Positions 1 to 8,991 are shown, counted from the stretch's first letter. The stretch: 32,000 bases of DNA from Fibrobacter succinogenes subsp. succinogenes S85 (GCF_000146505.1 NC_017448.1:1710001-1742000); one strand, 5' to 3'. Notes: generated by a model from the sequence alone, not told the origin. Numbers and translations: made by a program.

Positions 1-255
1 CGCATGGTCGAACCTGACCATTTCGCAAAAGTAATCCTGTTCGTAATTTGCAAGGCCCATCGCAGATGCCACTTGACCTGCAGTTTCTTCGCTCAAGTTA
101 GAGCGGCCTTCACTCACGTATTTTAGGAACACCGGCGACGAAAACCCTGCCGCCCGCGTAAAAGTTTGCCAAGTAAACGCGGATTTTGCCTTTTTCTCGG
201 CGTAATAATCCGCGATGTACTGGTGATAGTTCGTGTACTCTAGTACATCCTTCAT
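1..255 (-). CDS. TIGR02147/DUF4423-like putative HTH regulator, N-terminal 85 codons only (gene runs off the left edge)
   Basis: Absent from the ORF track because no stop lies in the window. Reverse translation from the ATG at 253-255 gives MKDVLEYTNYHQYIADYYAEKKAKSAFTWQTFTRAAGFSSPVFLKYVSEGRSNLS..., colinear with the three full-length paralogs. TTAGGAGG Shine-Dalgarno lies just upstream. Confidence 0.8.
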   Translation of the reverse strand, partial: MKDVLEYTNYHQYIADYYAEKKAKSAFTWQTFTRAAGFSSPVFLKYVSEGRSNLSEETAGQVASAMGLANYEQDYFCEMVRFDHA

Positions 256-272
256 CGTATCCTCCTAACACA

Positions 273-306
273 AAACAGTGTCTTGACTTGTAAGCCCGCA
301 CCGTTT
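273..306 (-). promoter_or_regulatory. Conserved 34-nt 5' leader stem-loop (copy A) just upstream of the SD of the regulator gene
   Basis: The minus-strand RNA AAACGGUG-CGGGCUUACAAGUCAAGA-CACUGUUU forms an 8-bp outer stem. The paralogous copy at 4791-4824 keeps the stem through compensatory changes. Confidence 0.45.
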
Positions 307-315
307 ACAATTTGA

Positions 316-343
316 AATATATACTAAAATTTCAAAAAGTCAA
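316..343 (-). promoter_or_regulatory. Sigma70-like promoter of the cassette (TTGACT-16 nt-TATATT on the minus strand)
   Basis: The hexamers, read on the minus strand, lie at 338-343 (-35) and 316-321 (-10). The same architecture occurs upstream of all four regulator genes whose upstream region is in the window. Confidence 0.4.
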
Positions 344-485
344 TAGTTTTTGTGATATATAATTAGCGTTTTTAGAGAAATTTAGGCAGTTTTAAAATAT
401 TTAACAAAAAAATTTAGAAATTTTAAGGATATAGACAAAATAATAAAACCAAGAAAATAATGGATTTTTCCGCCTTCGGCGTCAG

Positions 486-515
486 AAAAAAGAAGGCGGG
501 GCGAACCCCGTCTTC
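486..515 (-). terminator. Rho-independent terminator after the lipoprotein gene
   Basis: The minus strand reads GAAGACGGGG-UUCG-CCCCGCCUUC followed by UUUUUU. It lies ~40 nt after the stop at 555-557. Confidence 0.65.
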
Positions 516-554
516 CCTTTCCTCCTAACAAATAATTGTATTACGTTTTAAGAT

Positions 555-2222
555 TTAGTCCTTGATGCAGCGGACATACGATTCAGCCATACTCGGAAAT
601 TCATCTCCATAGCAACTGTATCTATCTACCGCAGAGCATGCCCTATTGTATTCATCAACCACGTAAAAATCATACTCGTCCGAAGTCAGCCCAAATCCAG
701 TCGGATTACCCAAGAAAGTACGATGCAAATAATCCCCGACCAACCCTTTTCTGTCAATATTTTCGTGCTTCTTCGGAACAGTCGGATTATACGATTCCAC
801 CATATAATCCAGCAAAGAATCCATTTCCCCACGCGTGGGAATATGCCAGCCATTGGGGCAAACGCCTTGATACACGCCCTTTTCAACCATAACGGAATCC
901 ATATGTTGACGATACTTCAATGTATCAAGACTCCGTTCAAGGCCTTCTTCACACTCATTCCAGAAATCAGACTCTTCACACTCCGGGCAATCTTTCAAAT
1001 GGCGCTGAAAGCACATTTTTCTTGTTTCAATTATCGAAGCGTCCAAGCTAAAAGCGCCACCGACATCGTACATGCCACAACAGCTCGCTCGATGTTCGCA
1101 AGGCACCTGCAATTCAGAAGCGTTATAGTCCAAGCGTTCTGCGAGCCAAGTCTGCGTTTTTCCATTTATATCATAGGTCACGGTCTTATACGTTTTTCCA
1201 TCACGTTCATCCGTCATCGTTCCCATGGAATGTTTCATTTCTTTATACGAAAATTCCCATCCCTCTGAACGACATGTCAACATAATGTTTTTGTCGAGAA
1301 TTTCAAAAGCTTTTCCCTCATTTTCTGCAGTGCACAAGCCCGCATCAAGCAAATGAGCTACGAAGGATTTCAAGAAGAGAAGATTTCTACGAGATTTTTC
1401 AATGTCCAACATGGCATACTGATCTAGATCGTCATCATTCTCCGCACGAGTCATGTTCCAACTAAGGTCATTCAGCATATTCAGCGATTCCGTCAAGAAT
1501 CGCGTCTTCAAAAATTCCGTACCGCAAGTAAGATTGCCGCACTTTTCAATTTTTGCAACAACCGTATCCTCTGTCGTATATTTCATAAAATCTTCGATAA
1601 ACGCCATGTAGATTCTATAGTTAGGATCTTGCACATTTTCAGCTTCGGGTTTATCAAACAAATTAGCATAAAAACCAAACGATTCAAGAACTTCCTTGCT
1701 TGCCTGTTTTTTGGCTTCAGCAAAACTCATTCCAAATTTCATCAGATAACGAGCTCGAATACTTTCAAAGTACGTCTTCTTGTCAACGGCAAAGGCATTC
1801 GCATCCCGAACATCAACAATATTATAGCGTCGATTGGAATAATCCGTCGAAAGCATAACATAAGGACTTTTCAAAGATAAACTATCAATAACAATGCTAT
1901 CGATATCAGGAGTTACCAAATACAAAGGTTTACTACTAAAATTCCAACTATAAGGAACTCTTCTCGTGGTATCAAAAGTTACAGAATCAAGTTCATATAT
2001 CTGAACAGACCCATATGGAGCAGTATAAACGTTCATTCCCCTATAAACTACATTCGAGCCGTCAAACACAACACTCGAACTTGAAGCAGGAGCTTCATCG
2101 CTACTCGATGACAAACCATACGGCTCGCCCGAAGGAGCATTCGGCACCAAGCTATCGACTTCAGAACAAGCGATTAACGCAAGCGGCGTCAAAAACGCCA
2201 TGAGCCACTTTTTAATATTCAT
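555..2222 (-). CDS. Lipoprotein with C-terminal FISUMP (TIGR02145-like) domain; second lipoprotein of cassette 1
   Basis: Lipobox LALIAC|SE. FISUMP hallmarks: DERDGKTYKTVTYDINGKTQTWLAERL, GVCPNGWHIPTRGEMDSL, C-terminal YVRCIKD. The N-terminal region (YELDSVTFD ... SLKSPYVML) and a GMSFAEAKK ... VLESFGFY helix block are shared with the paralogs. Confidence 0.85.
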   Translation of the reverse strand: MNIKKWLMAFLTPLALIACSEVDSLVPNAPSGEPYGLSSSSDEAPASSSSVVFDGSNVVYRGMNVYTAPYGSVQIYELDSVTFDTTRRVPYSWNFSSKPLYLVTPDIDSIVIDSLSLKSPYVMLSTDYSNRRYNIVDVRDANAFAVDKKTYFESIRARYLMKFGMSFAEAKKQASKEVLESFGFYANLFDKPEAENVQDPNYRIYMAFIEDFMKYTTEDTVVAKIEKCGNLTCGTEFLKTRFLTESLNMLNDLSWNMTRAENDDDLDQYAMLDIEKSRRNLLFLKSFVAHLLDAGLCTAENEGKAFEILDKNIMLTCRSEGWEFSYKEMKHSMGTMTDERDGKTYKTVTYDINGKTQTWLAERLDYNASELQVPCEHRASCCGMYDVGGAFSLDASIIETRKMCFQRHLKDCPECEESDFWNECEEGLERSLDTLKYRQHMDSVMVEKGVYQGVCPNGWHIPTRGEMDSLLDYMVESYNPTVPKKHENIDRKGLVGDYLHRTFLGNPTGFGLTSDEYDFYVVDEYNRACSAVDRYSCYGDEFPSMAESYVRCIKD

Positions 2223-2240
2223 AAAACATTCCTCCTTTAT

Positions 2241-3932
2241 TTAATCCTTAACACAACGAACAGAAACTTCATTTTTACCTAGATATTCTGATTGCGTAGC
2301 ATTAAATTTCGCTTTTCGACTTATATATGCCCATTTAGATCCAATGCTATAAATCGAGATTACCGTAGAATTCACAAGATCAGTATTATTTAAAGCTTTA
2401 AACGTGCTATCGATTTTTACAGCATACTTAGCTCCAATTTTTTTATCAGATTCTCCAAATCCGGCAATCGCCATCATATCCATTCTATAATCCAACATGC
2501 GAACATTTACTTTTCCTTCCACATAAGCACGCAACTTTTTCCATTCATTTGCATCTGGAAGATGCCATCCATCAGGACATATACCTTGATAGTTTTTCCC
2601 AGTCGCCTTGACGGAATCCGTTATAGCCCAAAGTCTCTCGTAATCAAGATTGCTTTTTTCCGCCTGCAGGCGATCGCAATTCGTATAAGAATCTTCTTCA
2701 ATACAATCCTCATAAGGAATCAACGCAATGGAATCCGGCAAAGCCATTGCATCATTCCAGAAATAAATACCATCTGCAGATTTATACTTCAAATTTTCTG
2801 CAAGCCATGTTTGCGCACCGCCGTCAACATTATATGTAACAGTCTTATATTTCGATCCATCACGGGAATCCGTCATTTCGCCCAAAATAGCACCGACACT
2901 ATCAGGAACCACATAATGGACTAAATAGGACCAAGCTCCATTTTTACAAACAAAATCAATATCTCTGTGTACATCATAGGTGAACGCAGTGCTATAGCCC
3001 TCATTTCCAGCAGAACACGGATCCAATTTCCACAAGCTCGCCATGAAGTTATGCATAAGGTCATGCAGACGAACCTTCACATCGTCGCCAATCCATTCGG
3101 CATCAAACCAGCTAACAATTCCTTCAACAAAGTCGTTCTTCACATTAGGTATTGCTTTAAAAGAGCCAACTTTAGCAAACGCATTTGCCAAACCAGCCTC
3201 AGTTTTAGGTGTAAAGCCGACCACGTAACTCGCGAATAAGATTTCATCTTGATTTTCTTGAGACTCAGCCTTATCAAAACGATAAGGAACACCATAGATC
3301 CCCAAAGCACTGAGTATTTCACTTTCGGATTTTCGTTTAGCATCCTCAAAACTCATTCCTTGGCCAACCAAGCCCAGCAGTCGTTTAGTCTCTATAGTCG
3401 TCGCCACATTGATACCGACATTCTTAACCTTTCGCAAATCAACTATCAAACTATACACCATATAATGAGTAGTTCCATTAACGACACAGCCGTCTACCCA
3501 TTTACGCTCTTGATCCGTCAAGTCATACCATTCCCCGCATTCGTAAGGAGACAATTCAAGCATAACATAAGGACTCTTCAGCGAGACACTGTCAAAACTG
3601 AACACGCCCGAAGTATCTTTAGATTGGCTATAGTAAACCAAACCCGTTGCGCTAAAATTGACAGAATCCAGTTCTGACATTCTTACAACAGAGCCCTCAG
3701 GAACTGAACTAACAAATTTGACCTTAGTAGTGTCATTTTCATCAATTTTTGTTTCAAACAGCCTTGCTTGCGCCACTACTTTAATATTTTCAAGAGACGC
3801 CTGTTCTTCCGTGTAGCCGCCTTCATGCGCAAGCGGGGAATTACCAACATCCTCGGAACACGCCGCAAACATAAAAGCGAGCAACGTCACCATTTTGCAG
3901 GCAAATTGCCCGCCCATTTTTGAGTAATTCAT
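2241..3932 (-). CDS. Lipoprotein with C-terminal FISUMP domain; first lipoprotein of cassette 1
   Basis: Lipobox MFAAC|SE. Also DSRDGSKYKTVTYNVDGGAQTWLAENL, GICPDGWHLPDANEWKKL and the ending VRCVKD. GGAGG lies before the ATG at 3932, 8 nt after the regulator stop. Confidence 0.85.
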   Translation of the reverse strand: MNYSKMGGQFACKMVTLLAFMFAACSEDVGNSPLAHEGGYTEEQASLENIKVVAQARLFETKIDENDTTKVKFVSSVPEGSVVRMSELDSVNFSATGLVYYSQSKDTSGVFSFDSVSLKSPYVMLELSPYECGEWYDLTDQERKWVDGCVVNGTTHYMVYSLIVDLRKVKNVGINVATTIETKRLLGLVGQGMSFEDAKRKSESEILSALGIYGVPYRFDKAESQENQDEILFASYVVGFTPKTEAGLANAFAKVGSFKAIPNVKNDFVEGIVSWFDAEWIGDDVKVRLHDLMHNFMASLWKLDPCSAGNEGYSTAFTYDVHRDIDFVCKNGAWSYLVHYVVPDSVGAILGEMTDSRDGSKYKTVTYNVDGGAQTWLAENLKYKSADGIYFWNDAMALPDSIALIPYEDCIEEDSYTNCDRLQAEKSNLDYERLWAITDSVKATGKNYQGICPDGWHLPDANEWKKLRAYVEGKVNVRMLDYRMDMMAIAGFGESDKKIGAKYAVKIDSTFKALNNTDLVNSTVISIYSIGSKWAYISRKAKFNATQSEYLGKNEVSVRCVKD

Positions 3933-3940
3933 GATTCCTC

Positions 3941-4774
3941 CTAACCTTTTTTATTAAAACTTTTATTCGTCATCGGAAAGAACTGCACATTCAAACGGTA
4001 GACTTCGTCCATACCGCTATCTTGCGTGGCAATCGTAATAATCCTCTTGCGAAATTCAGCTATTTCCTGAACAATTTTTTCGTAGGCATCGCGCGTGATA
4101 CCGAGCGTAAGACCCGAAAAATGGCGTTCATCTTGAGCAACGCCTTCAATGGCTTCCAAAGCAAACTCGCCCATCTGGCGATGCATTTCGCGAACCGCAA
4201 TCGGAGTCACCTCCATCGGCCCTGTCGTCACGCCTCTTTCGGTCTGCTTGTAATTTCCGTCTTTATCTTTTTTGAGTAAATCCGCCTTGACGAGAAAATT
4301 CAGCGACTCGGTCACTTCGGCGGCTGTAATTTCTGGGCGGCAGGCACGGGCAAGCGCAAGCGGCTTTGCACCGGGCATCGCTGGGGCAAGTTCACGGAGT
4401 ACCGGATTTTTCCAGCTTTCAAAATAGCGGAATGAATCGCCTTCAATGATTTTCGCCTTGACAGAATCTGCAATTGAAAGCATTTTGCCAAAAGCATCTT
4501 TTTTCTCGGCATCCGTTTTTGCGTTGTCAAACTTGACCATTTCGCAAAAGTAATCTTGTTCGTAGCCAACAAGATGCATGGCCTGCGCCACGCGCAGTGC
4601 AGCCGCATCGCTCAAGTTGAGTTTACCTTCGCTAGCATACTTCAGATGAACTGGCGAAGAGAATCCCGCCGCACGCGTGAACTCCTGCCAAGTGAATGCG
4701 GATTTGGCCTTTTTGTCGGCGTAGTAATCCGCAATATACTGACGATAACTAGTGTATTCTAGTATATCTTTCAT
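3941..4774 (-). CDS. TIGR02147/DUF4423-like putative HTH transcriptional regulator (cassette 1)
   Basis: 277 aa with no signal peptide. The N-terminus has an XRE-like HTH pattern (FTWQEFTRAAGFSSPVHLKYASEGKLNLS). A central winged-helix-like segment follows (ITAAEVTESLNFLVKADLLKKDKDGNYKQT). By eye it is about three-quarters identical to the paralogs at 6849 and 11024. Confidence 0.85.
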   Translation of the reverse strand: MKDILEYTSYRQYIADYYADKKAKSAFTWQEFTRAAGFSSPVHLKYASEGKLNLSDAAALRVAQAMHLVGYEQDYFCEMVKFDNAKTDAEKKDAFGKMLSIADSVKAKIIEGDSFRYFESWKNPVLRELAPAMPGAKPLALARACRPEITAAEVTESLNFLVKADLLKKDKDGNYKQTERGVTTGPMEVTPIAVREMHRQMGEFALEAIEGVAQDERHFSGLTLGITRDAYEKIVQEIAEFRKRIITIATQDSGMDEVYRLNVQFFPMTNKSFNKKG

Positions 4775-4790
4775 TGTTTCCTCCTAACGT

Positions 4791-4824
4791 AAACAACATC
4801 TTGACTCATAAGTCCGTGCCGTTT
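4791..4824 (-). promoter_or_regulatory. Conserved 34-nt 5' leader stem-loop (copy B)
   Basis: Minus-strand RNA is AAACGGCA-CGGACUUAUGAGUCAAGA-UGUUGUUU. The outer 8-bp stem is kept relative to copy A by two double substitutions (U-A to C-G, G-C to A-U). Confidence 0.45.
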
Positions 4825-4833
4825 ACAGAATCA

Positions 4834-4862
4834 AATATAAATCACAAATTTTAAAAAGTCAA
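4834..4862 (-). promoter_or_regulatory. Sigma70-like promoter (TTGACT-17 nt-TATATT on the minus strand)
   Basis: -35 at 4857-4862 and -10 at 4834-4839, read on the minus strand. Paralogous to the copies at 316-343, 7730-7758 and 11947-11975. Confidence 0.45.
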
Positions 4863-5016
4863 TAGTTTCATCATAAATTTTTAGCGTTTTTAGTAAAATT
4901 TAAGCAATTTTTATTATTCATTAAAAATTTTAGTCATTTTTCACAATATAAACAAAATAATCATCATTTCTACAAAACGAGATACCGATCCCGGCACAAG
5001 GCTGGGATTACAACGC

Positions 5017-5048
5017 AAAAAAAAGAAGGCGGGCCGAAGCCCGCCTTC
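5017..5048 (-). terminator. Rho-independent terminator after the lipoprotein gene
   Basis: Minus strand reads GAAGGCGGGC-UUCG-GCCCGCCUUC, a perfect 10-bp stem, followed by eight U. Confidence 0.75.
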
Positions 5049-5090
5049 CCTTTCCTCCTAACAAATAATTTTTATGCGGTTTTAAATGGT

Positions 5091-6839
5091 TTAGTTTTTG
5101 ATGCAGCGAACATTCACTTCATTAAAAGGAGGTATATCATACGCGCCTTCACTATATTGATATTCAGTCGGCATTCTAAATCCAAAGCCAGATCCGCTAC
5201 TAAACCCACCAAAGAAAGCAACTTTAGATAAATGCAGATCCGTCACCGCAAAATGATTATAAAAATCTCCCATCCTTCCAGTCACATATATACGGCCATT
5301 ATCATCCATAGCAAGCCCACTTGAACTTTTCAAACCAAAACCTGTTGCAGTTTCATCGTAAAGGACAGGCACCGCTTTAACATAATCGACCCCATACAGA
5401 CTTCCCAAATTCTGCAACAAGGTTTTCCAGTCATTCGTAGTCGGTATACGCCAACCATCTGGACAAATTCCTTGATGCATATTCAAAGTTGACTGAAGCT
5501 CAGCATTGGCATAATCATAATCCCAGCTTGTTCTTCCCGCATAACAGGCATCATAATCAAACTCATTTGTCGAATCCAAGAGGCCCGCAAATGCTTTTCG
5601 ACATTCCAAGTTCAAATAAACCGTATCCCCTCGCAAACTAACCCAATATATATTCAAATCTTCCATCGAAACATCCATTGCATTCCACCACAAATATCGA
5701 CCGTATATTCTGCAAAGGCTTGCATTACTACGTGTTTGACATAAAGCGTGAGCGGAATCTGAATAAATAAGGTCTTCCGCCATCCAAGTCTGCGTGACAC
5801 CGCCCCAATTATACGTCACCGTCTTATAAGATTTACCATCTCGATTATCCACCAACGAACCTTTTGTATATTCCACCGTTTTAAAGCCCATAGTCCACCT
5901 TCCAGAGCGACACACAACACTAACCGAATTCTCGCTATTAAGAATTCCAATTTCACCTACATCATTTTCACGAGCTTCGGTACACCGTCCTAATCCATCA
6001 ATCTTAGCCAAGAAGCCAATTCTATAATCTATCATTTTCTTTAAATTCAGAAGATAACGCTCCAATTGAACATTCCCCATGAATTCTTCAGGCGAAGCAT
6101 AATGGTAAGCAGCATCAAACCAATCAAGTCCCTTGCGAGCATCTTTTTCCGTGTATTGAATTAGCTTATTTACATAAGACAATTCAGAATTTTCATCAAA
6201 CATTTTTTCAAACGAGCCTAAGTTTTTGTATATTCCAAAGTTTTCAAGAATTTTGCGTTCAGCCATTTGATTCGCTTCAGCAAAGGTTTTTCCTTCGGCT
6301 ATATATTCTCGCAAAAGTGGAACTTTGGCGGTCGTCAACGAATTCACCCTTATTTTTTCTTTTTTTCGCAAATCCACAATAGCACGAAGCTCTTTAGACG
6401 GGATCGTGTACGCAAGGCATTCAACACCCAAAGTTATCTGCGGAAGCAACAATCCACTTACATACTTGCACGTATCAAGGGAAGGCACAATTTCTTCAAT
6501 CAACACATAAGGGCTATTCAAATCAAGGCTATCAAACGCAAAATGTCCTTCATCGTCAATAACCGAATCTACAACAGAACGACCCGTTGTATCAAAAGTC
6601 AAGGAATCAAGTTCATAAACAGTGATAGAACTCCCCTTAGGTGCAAGCATCGAATTTCCACGCGACGAAGAATCGACCATACTCAATTTCGGGAATACAT
6701 CACCCATTTGCCCCATTAAGGCATAGACACCTGTTTCCTCTTCGGCACCGCCCATTATACCAAGCGGTTTATTTTCGTCGGAACAGGCCACCAAAAGGAG
6801 CGCCATCAGCGCAGCCAAAGTAATTTTTGAGTAGTTCAT
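5091..6839 (-). CDS. Lipoprotein with C-terminal FISUMP domain (cassette 2)
   Basis: Lipobox LLVAC|SD. Also DNRDGKSYKTVTYNWGGVTQTWMAEDL, GICPDGWRIPTTNDWKTL and the ending VRCIKN. Confidence 0.85.
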   Translation of the reverse strand: MNYSKITLAALMALLLVACSDENKPLGIMGGAEEETGVYALMGQMGDVFPKLSMVDSSSRGNSMLAPKGSSITVYELDSLTFDTTGRSVVDSVIDDEGHFAFDSLDLNSPYVLIEEIVPSLDTCKYVSGLLLPQITLGVECLAYTIPSKELRAIVDLRKKEKIRVNSLTTAKVPLLREYIAEGKTFAEANQMAERKILENFGIYKNLGSFEKMFDENSELSYVNKLIQYTEKDARKGLDWFDAAYHYASPEEFMGNVQLERYLLNLKKMIDYRIGFLAKIDGLGRCTEARENDVGEIGILNSENSVSVVCRSGRWTMGFKTVEYTKGSLVDNRDGKSYKTVTYNWGGVTQTWMAEDLIYSDSAHALCQTRSNASLCRIYGRYLWWNAMDVSMEDLNIYWVSLRGDTVYLNLECRKAFAGLLDSTNEFDYDACYAGRTSWDYDYANAELQSTLNMHQGICPDGWRIPTTNDWKTLLQNLGSLYGVDYVKAVPVLYDETATGFGLKSSSGLAMDDNGRIYVTGRMGDFYNHFAVTDLHLSKVAFFGGFSSGSGFGFRMPTEYQYSEGAYDIPPFNEVNVRCIKN

Positions 6840-6848
6840 AGTTTCCTC

Positions 6849-7679
6849 CTAGCCTTTATTAACACTCTTTTTTGTCATCGGAAAGAACTGCACGTTCAGA
6901 CGGTAGACTTCTTCCGTTGCAGTTTCACTTGTCGCAATCGCAATAATGTCCTTGCGGAATTCGGCAATCCTCTGCACAATTTTTTCGTACGCTTCGCGAG
7001 TGATTCCAAGCGTAAGGCCCGAGAAATGACGTTCGTCTTGCGGGACGTTTTCAATGGCGTCAAGAGCAAACTCGCCCATTTGACGGTGCAGTCCGCGAAC
7101 TGCGAGCGGCGTGAATTCCATCGGGCCGGTGGTCACGACTTTATCGGTTTGGGCGTAGTTCCCGTCCTTGTCTTTTTTCAGCAAATCCGCTTTGACCAAG
7201 AAACTCAGCGCATCAGAGACTTCAGCAGCAGAAACTTCGGGGCGGCAAGCATGCGCCATCGCCAAAGGCTTTGCGCCAGGCATGGCAGGAGCAAGTTCAC
7301 GGAGCACCGGATTTTTCCAGTCCTCAAAAAAGCGGAAGGATTCGCCATCGACAATTTTTGCCTTGCGGGATTCCGCGATCGAGACCATTTTGCTGAACGC
7401 CGCGCGTTTTTCGTCATCGTTCTTTGCGTGGTCAAACTTGACCATTTCTACAAAGAACTCGCGTTCGTAATCGGCGAGATGCATCGCCTGCGCGGTGCGA
7501 ACCGCAGCTTCGGCGCTCAAGTTAAAGCGACCTTCGCTCACGTATTTAAGGTAGACCGGCGAAGAGAAACCCGCCGTTTTAGCAAACTCCTGCCAAGAAA
7601 ACGCAGTCTTCGCCTTTCGATCGGCGTAGTAATCTGCGATATACTGGCGGTAGTCCGTATATTCAAGTATATCTTTCAT
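6849..7679 (-). CDS. TIGR02147/DUF4423-like putative HTH regulator (cassette 2)
   Basis: The ORF track starts at 7715. The paralog alignment and a GGAGG-N5-ATG context place the start at MKDILEYTDY (ATG at 7677-7679). Confidence 0.85.
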   Translation of the reverse strand: MKDILEYTDYRQYIADYYADRKAKTAFSWQEFAKTAGFSSPVYLKYVSEGRFNLSAEAAVRTAQAMHLADYEREFFVEMVKFDHAKNDDEKRAAFSKMVSIAESRKAKIVDGESFRFFEDWKNPVLRELAPAMPGAKPLAMAHACRPEVSAAEVSDALSFLVKADLLKKDKDGNYAQTDKVVTTGPMEFTPLAVRGLHRQMGEFALDAIENVPQDERHFSGLTLGITREAYEKIVQRIAEFRKDIIAIATSETATEEVYRLNVQFFPMTKKSVNKG

Positions 7680-7729
7680 TTTTCCTCCTAACAAACAATC
7701 TCTTTGTCGGATCATTTGTTGTTAATCTA

Positions 7730-7758
7730 AATATAGCTCATAAATTTCAAAAAATCAA
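7730..7758 (-). promoter_or_regulatory. Sigma70-like promoter (TTGATT-17 nt-TATATT on the minus strand)
   Basis: -35 at 7753-7758 and -10 at 7730-7735, read on the minus strand. The position is equivalent to that in the other cassettes. Confidence 0.4.
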
Positions 7759-7762
7759 TAGT

Positions 7763-7858
7763 TTTACAATATATTTTATTGATTTTTACAATAATTTTAA
7801 AGATTTTAAAAGTAATTAGAAAAATTATAGAATTTCACAATATGAAGAATATTGTAGA
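7763..7858 (-). promoter_or_regulatory. Upstream ACAATA-type box pair (possible operator or activator sites) of cassette 2
   Basis: Proximal box ACAATA-N5-TATTGA at 7766-7782, 7 nt beyond the -35. Distal palindrome ACAATAT-gaaga-ATATTGT at 7837-7855. Confidence 0.35.
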
Positions 7859-7880
7859 AATAACCTACTATATTTACTTC

Positions 7881-8906
7881 ATGGACTTTTTCACGAAAAT
7901 CAATATTCCGGCTGCCAATTGGCAGATTGACTACAATTCTAGGCTCGCATTTTTCGGATCGTGCTTTGCAGACAATATTTCGGCACAGTTTGCATCGCGG
8001 AAATTCAACGTTTTGGCAAATCCGTTCGGAACGGTTTACAACCCGCTCTCAGCGGCAATGCAGATTAAAGCCATTGCAAACGGGAAAATTTTTGGAGAAG
8101 CGGACGTTTTTCAGGATACGCGATTAGGCGTTTCGGAAAACGGCAATGAGATTCGCGGCCCCTGGCACTGCTGGGACGCGCACAGCTCACTTTCCGCCGC
8201 AACTCGTGAAGAGTGTATCGCAAAATTGAACGAAACGACCGCTAATGCACGGGAGTTTTTGCAGAAAGCCGATACCGTATTTATCACGCTCGGGACTGCG
8301 TTCGTGTACTTTTTGAGAGAAAACGGGGTTGCCGTTTCGAATTGCCACAGGCAAAATCCAAACCTGTTTATTCGCAAGATGATTTCCGTGGACCATGCGG
8401 CAGAAGCGCTGAAAAGCATCGTGCATGATTTGCTGAAGATTAAACGCGACGGGATCGGCGAGAATCGCGAACTCCACATCGTCTTTACAGTTTCACCGTT
8501 ACGGCATTTGAGCGACGGCGCTCACGAAAACACACTTTCAAAAGCGACATTGCAACTCGCAATAGAAAAGGTCACAAGAGAAATCGTCACAGAGCCTGCA
8601 ACGACCATCAGTTATTTTCCGAGTTACGAGATCGTGATGGATGAACTGCGCGACTACCGTTTTTACGATGACGATATGATTCATTTGTCAAAGACGGCAG
8701 AAGGCTACATCTTTGAGCGCATGACAGAAACGTATTGCAGCGAAAAAACGCGCGAAGATATCCGCAAAGTGGAAAAGTTCATGAAAATGGCAAACCACAG
8801 AATTCAAGACGAGAGTTCGACAGCCACCGCGACATTCCAGCAAAAATTACAAGCAGAAGCACAAAAGCTCGAAAGCCAAATCGCGGGACTTGAGTTAAAC
8901 GTGTAG
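7881..8906 (+). CDS. GSCFA-domain protein
   Basis: Contains the literal family motif (LAFFGSCFADNISAQF). The ORF-track start at 7779 lies in AT-rich promoter DNA, so I place the start at the ATG at 7881 (MDFFTKINIP). Confidence 0.7.
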   Translation: MDFFTKINIPAANWQIDYNSRLAFFGSCFADNISAQFASRKFNVLANPFGTVYNPLSAAMQIKAIANGKIFGEADVFQDTRLGVSENGNEIRGPWHCWDAHSSLSAATREECIAKLNETTANAREFLQKADTVFITLGTAFVYFLRENGVAVSNCHRQNPNLFIRKMISVDHAAEALKSIVHDLLKIKRDGIGENRELHIVFTVSPLRHLSDGAHENTLSKATLQLAIEKVTREIVTEPATTISYFPSYEIVMDELRDYRFYDDDMIHLSKTAEGYIFERMTETYCSEKTREDIRKVEKFMKMANHRIQDESSTATATFQQKLQAEAQKLESQIAGLELNV

Positions 8907-8912
8907 ATGGAG

Positions 8913-8945
8913 ATTCCCCGTCGGAGCGGGGAATGACAATGTAAG
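8913..8945 (+). repeat. Extragenic hairpin plus TGACAATGTA tail (copy 1 of 3)
   Basis: ATTCCCCG-tcggag-CGGGGAAT stem-loop at 8913-8934. It runs directly into TGACAATGTAAG at 8934-8945. Confidence 0.5.
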
Positions 8946-8991
8946 ATTCTACTGAATCCTTCGGCGTTTCACGCCTCAGGATGACGAGATG

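Noticed and set aside
110-301. 63-aa minus-strand ORF listed in the track at the left edge
   Set aside because: It is out of frame with the real gene. The frame starting at the ATG at 253-255 translates into a clear TIGR02147-family N-terminus, whereas this ORF has no similarity to anything and starts inside the leader region.
344-470. Recurring AT-rich intergenic blocks (also 4863-4975, 7759-7865, 11976-12080) considered as a CRISPR array, tandem repeat or mobile-element ends
   Set aside because: The copies are kilobases apart and each sits upstream of a paralogous operon. They are not short direct repeats separated by unique spacers, and no cas, transposase or integrase genes are present. 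They are better explained as duplicated regulatory regions.
723-1268. Plus-strand ORFs of 60-180 aa inside the lipoprotein genes (for example 723-1268, 2562-2924, 3249-3677, 6267-6719, 10339-10752)
   Set aside because: They overlap strongly supported minus-strand genes, have odd composition (rich in I/F/R/N/S) and no SD. I treat them as chance antisense frames.
7779-7880. N-terminal extension of the GSCFA ORF. There are similar TTG or GTG extensions of pflB (23956), the helicase (13637), the 22481 and 28017 lipoproteins, and the 7715 extension of the regulator.
   Set aside because: The extensions run through AT-rich promoter or leader DNA or use non-ATG codons. Internal ATGs with SD sequences and paralog or ortholog alignment give better starts.
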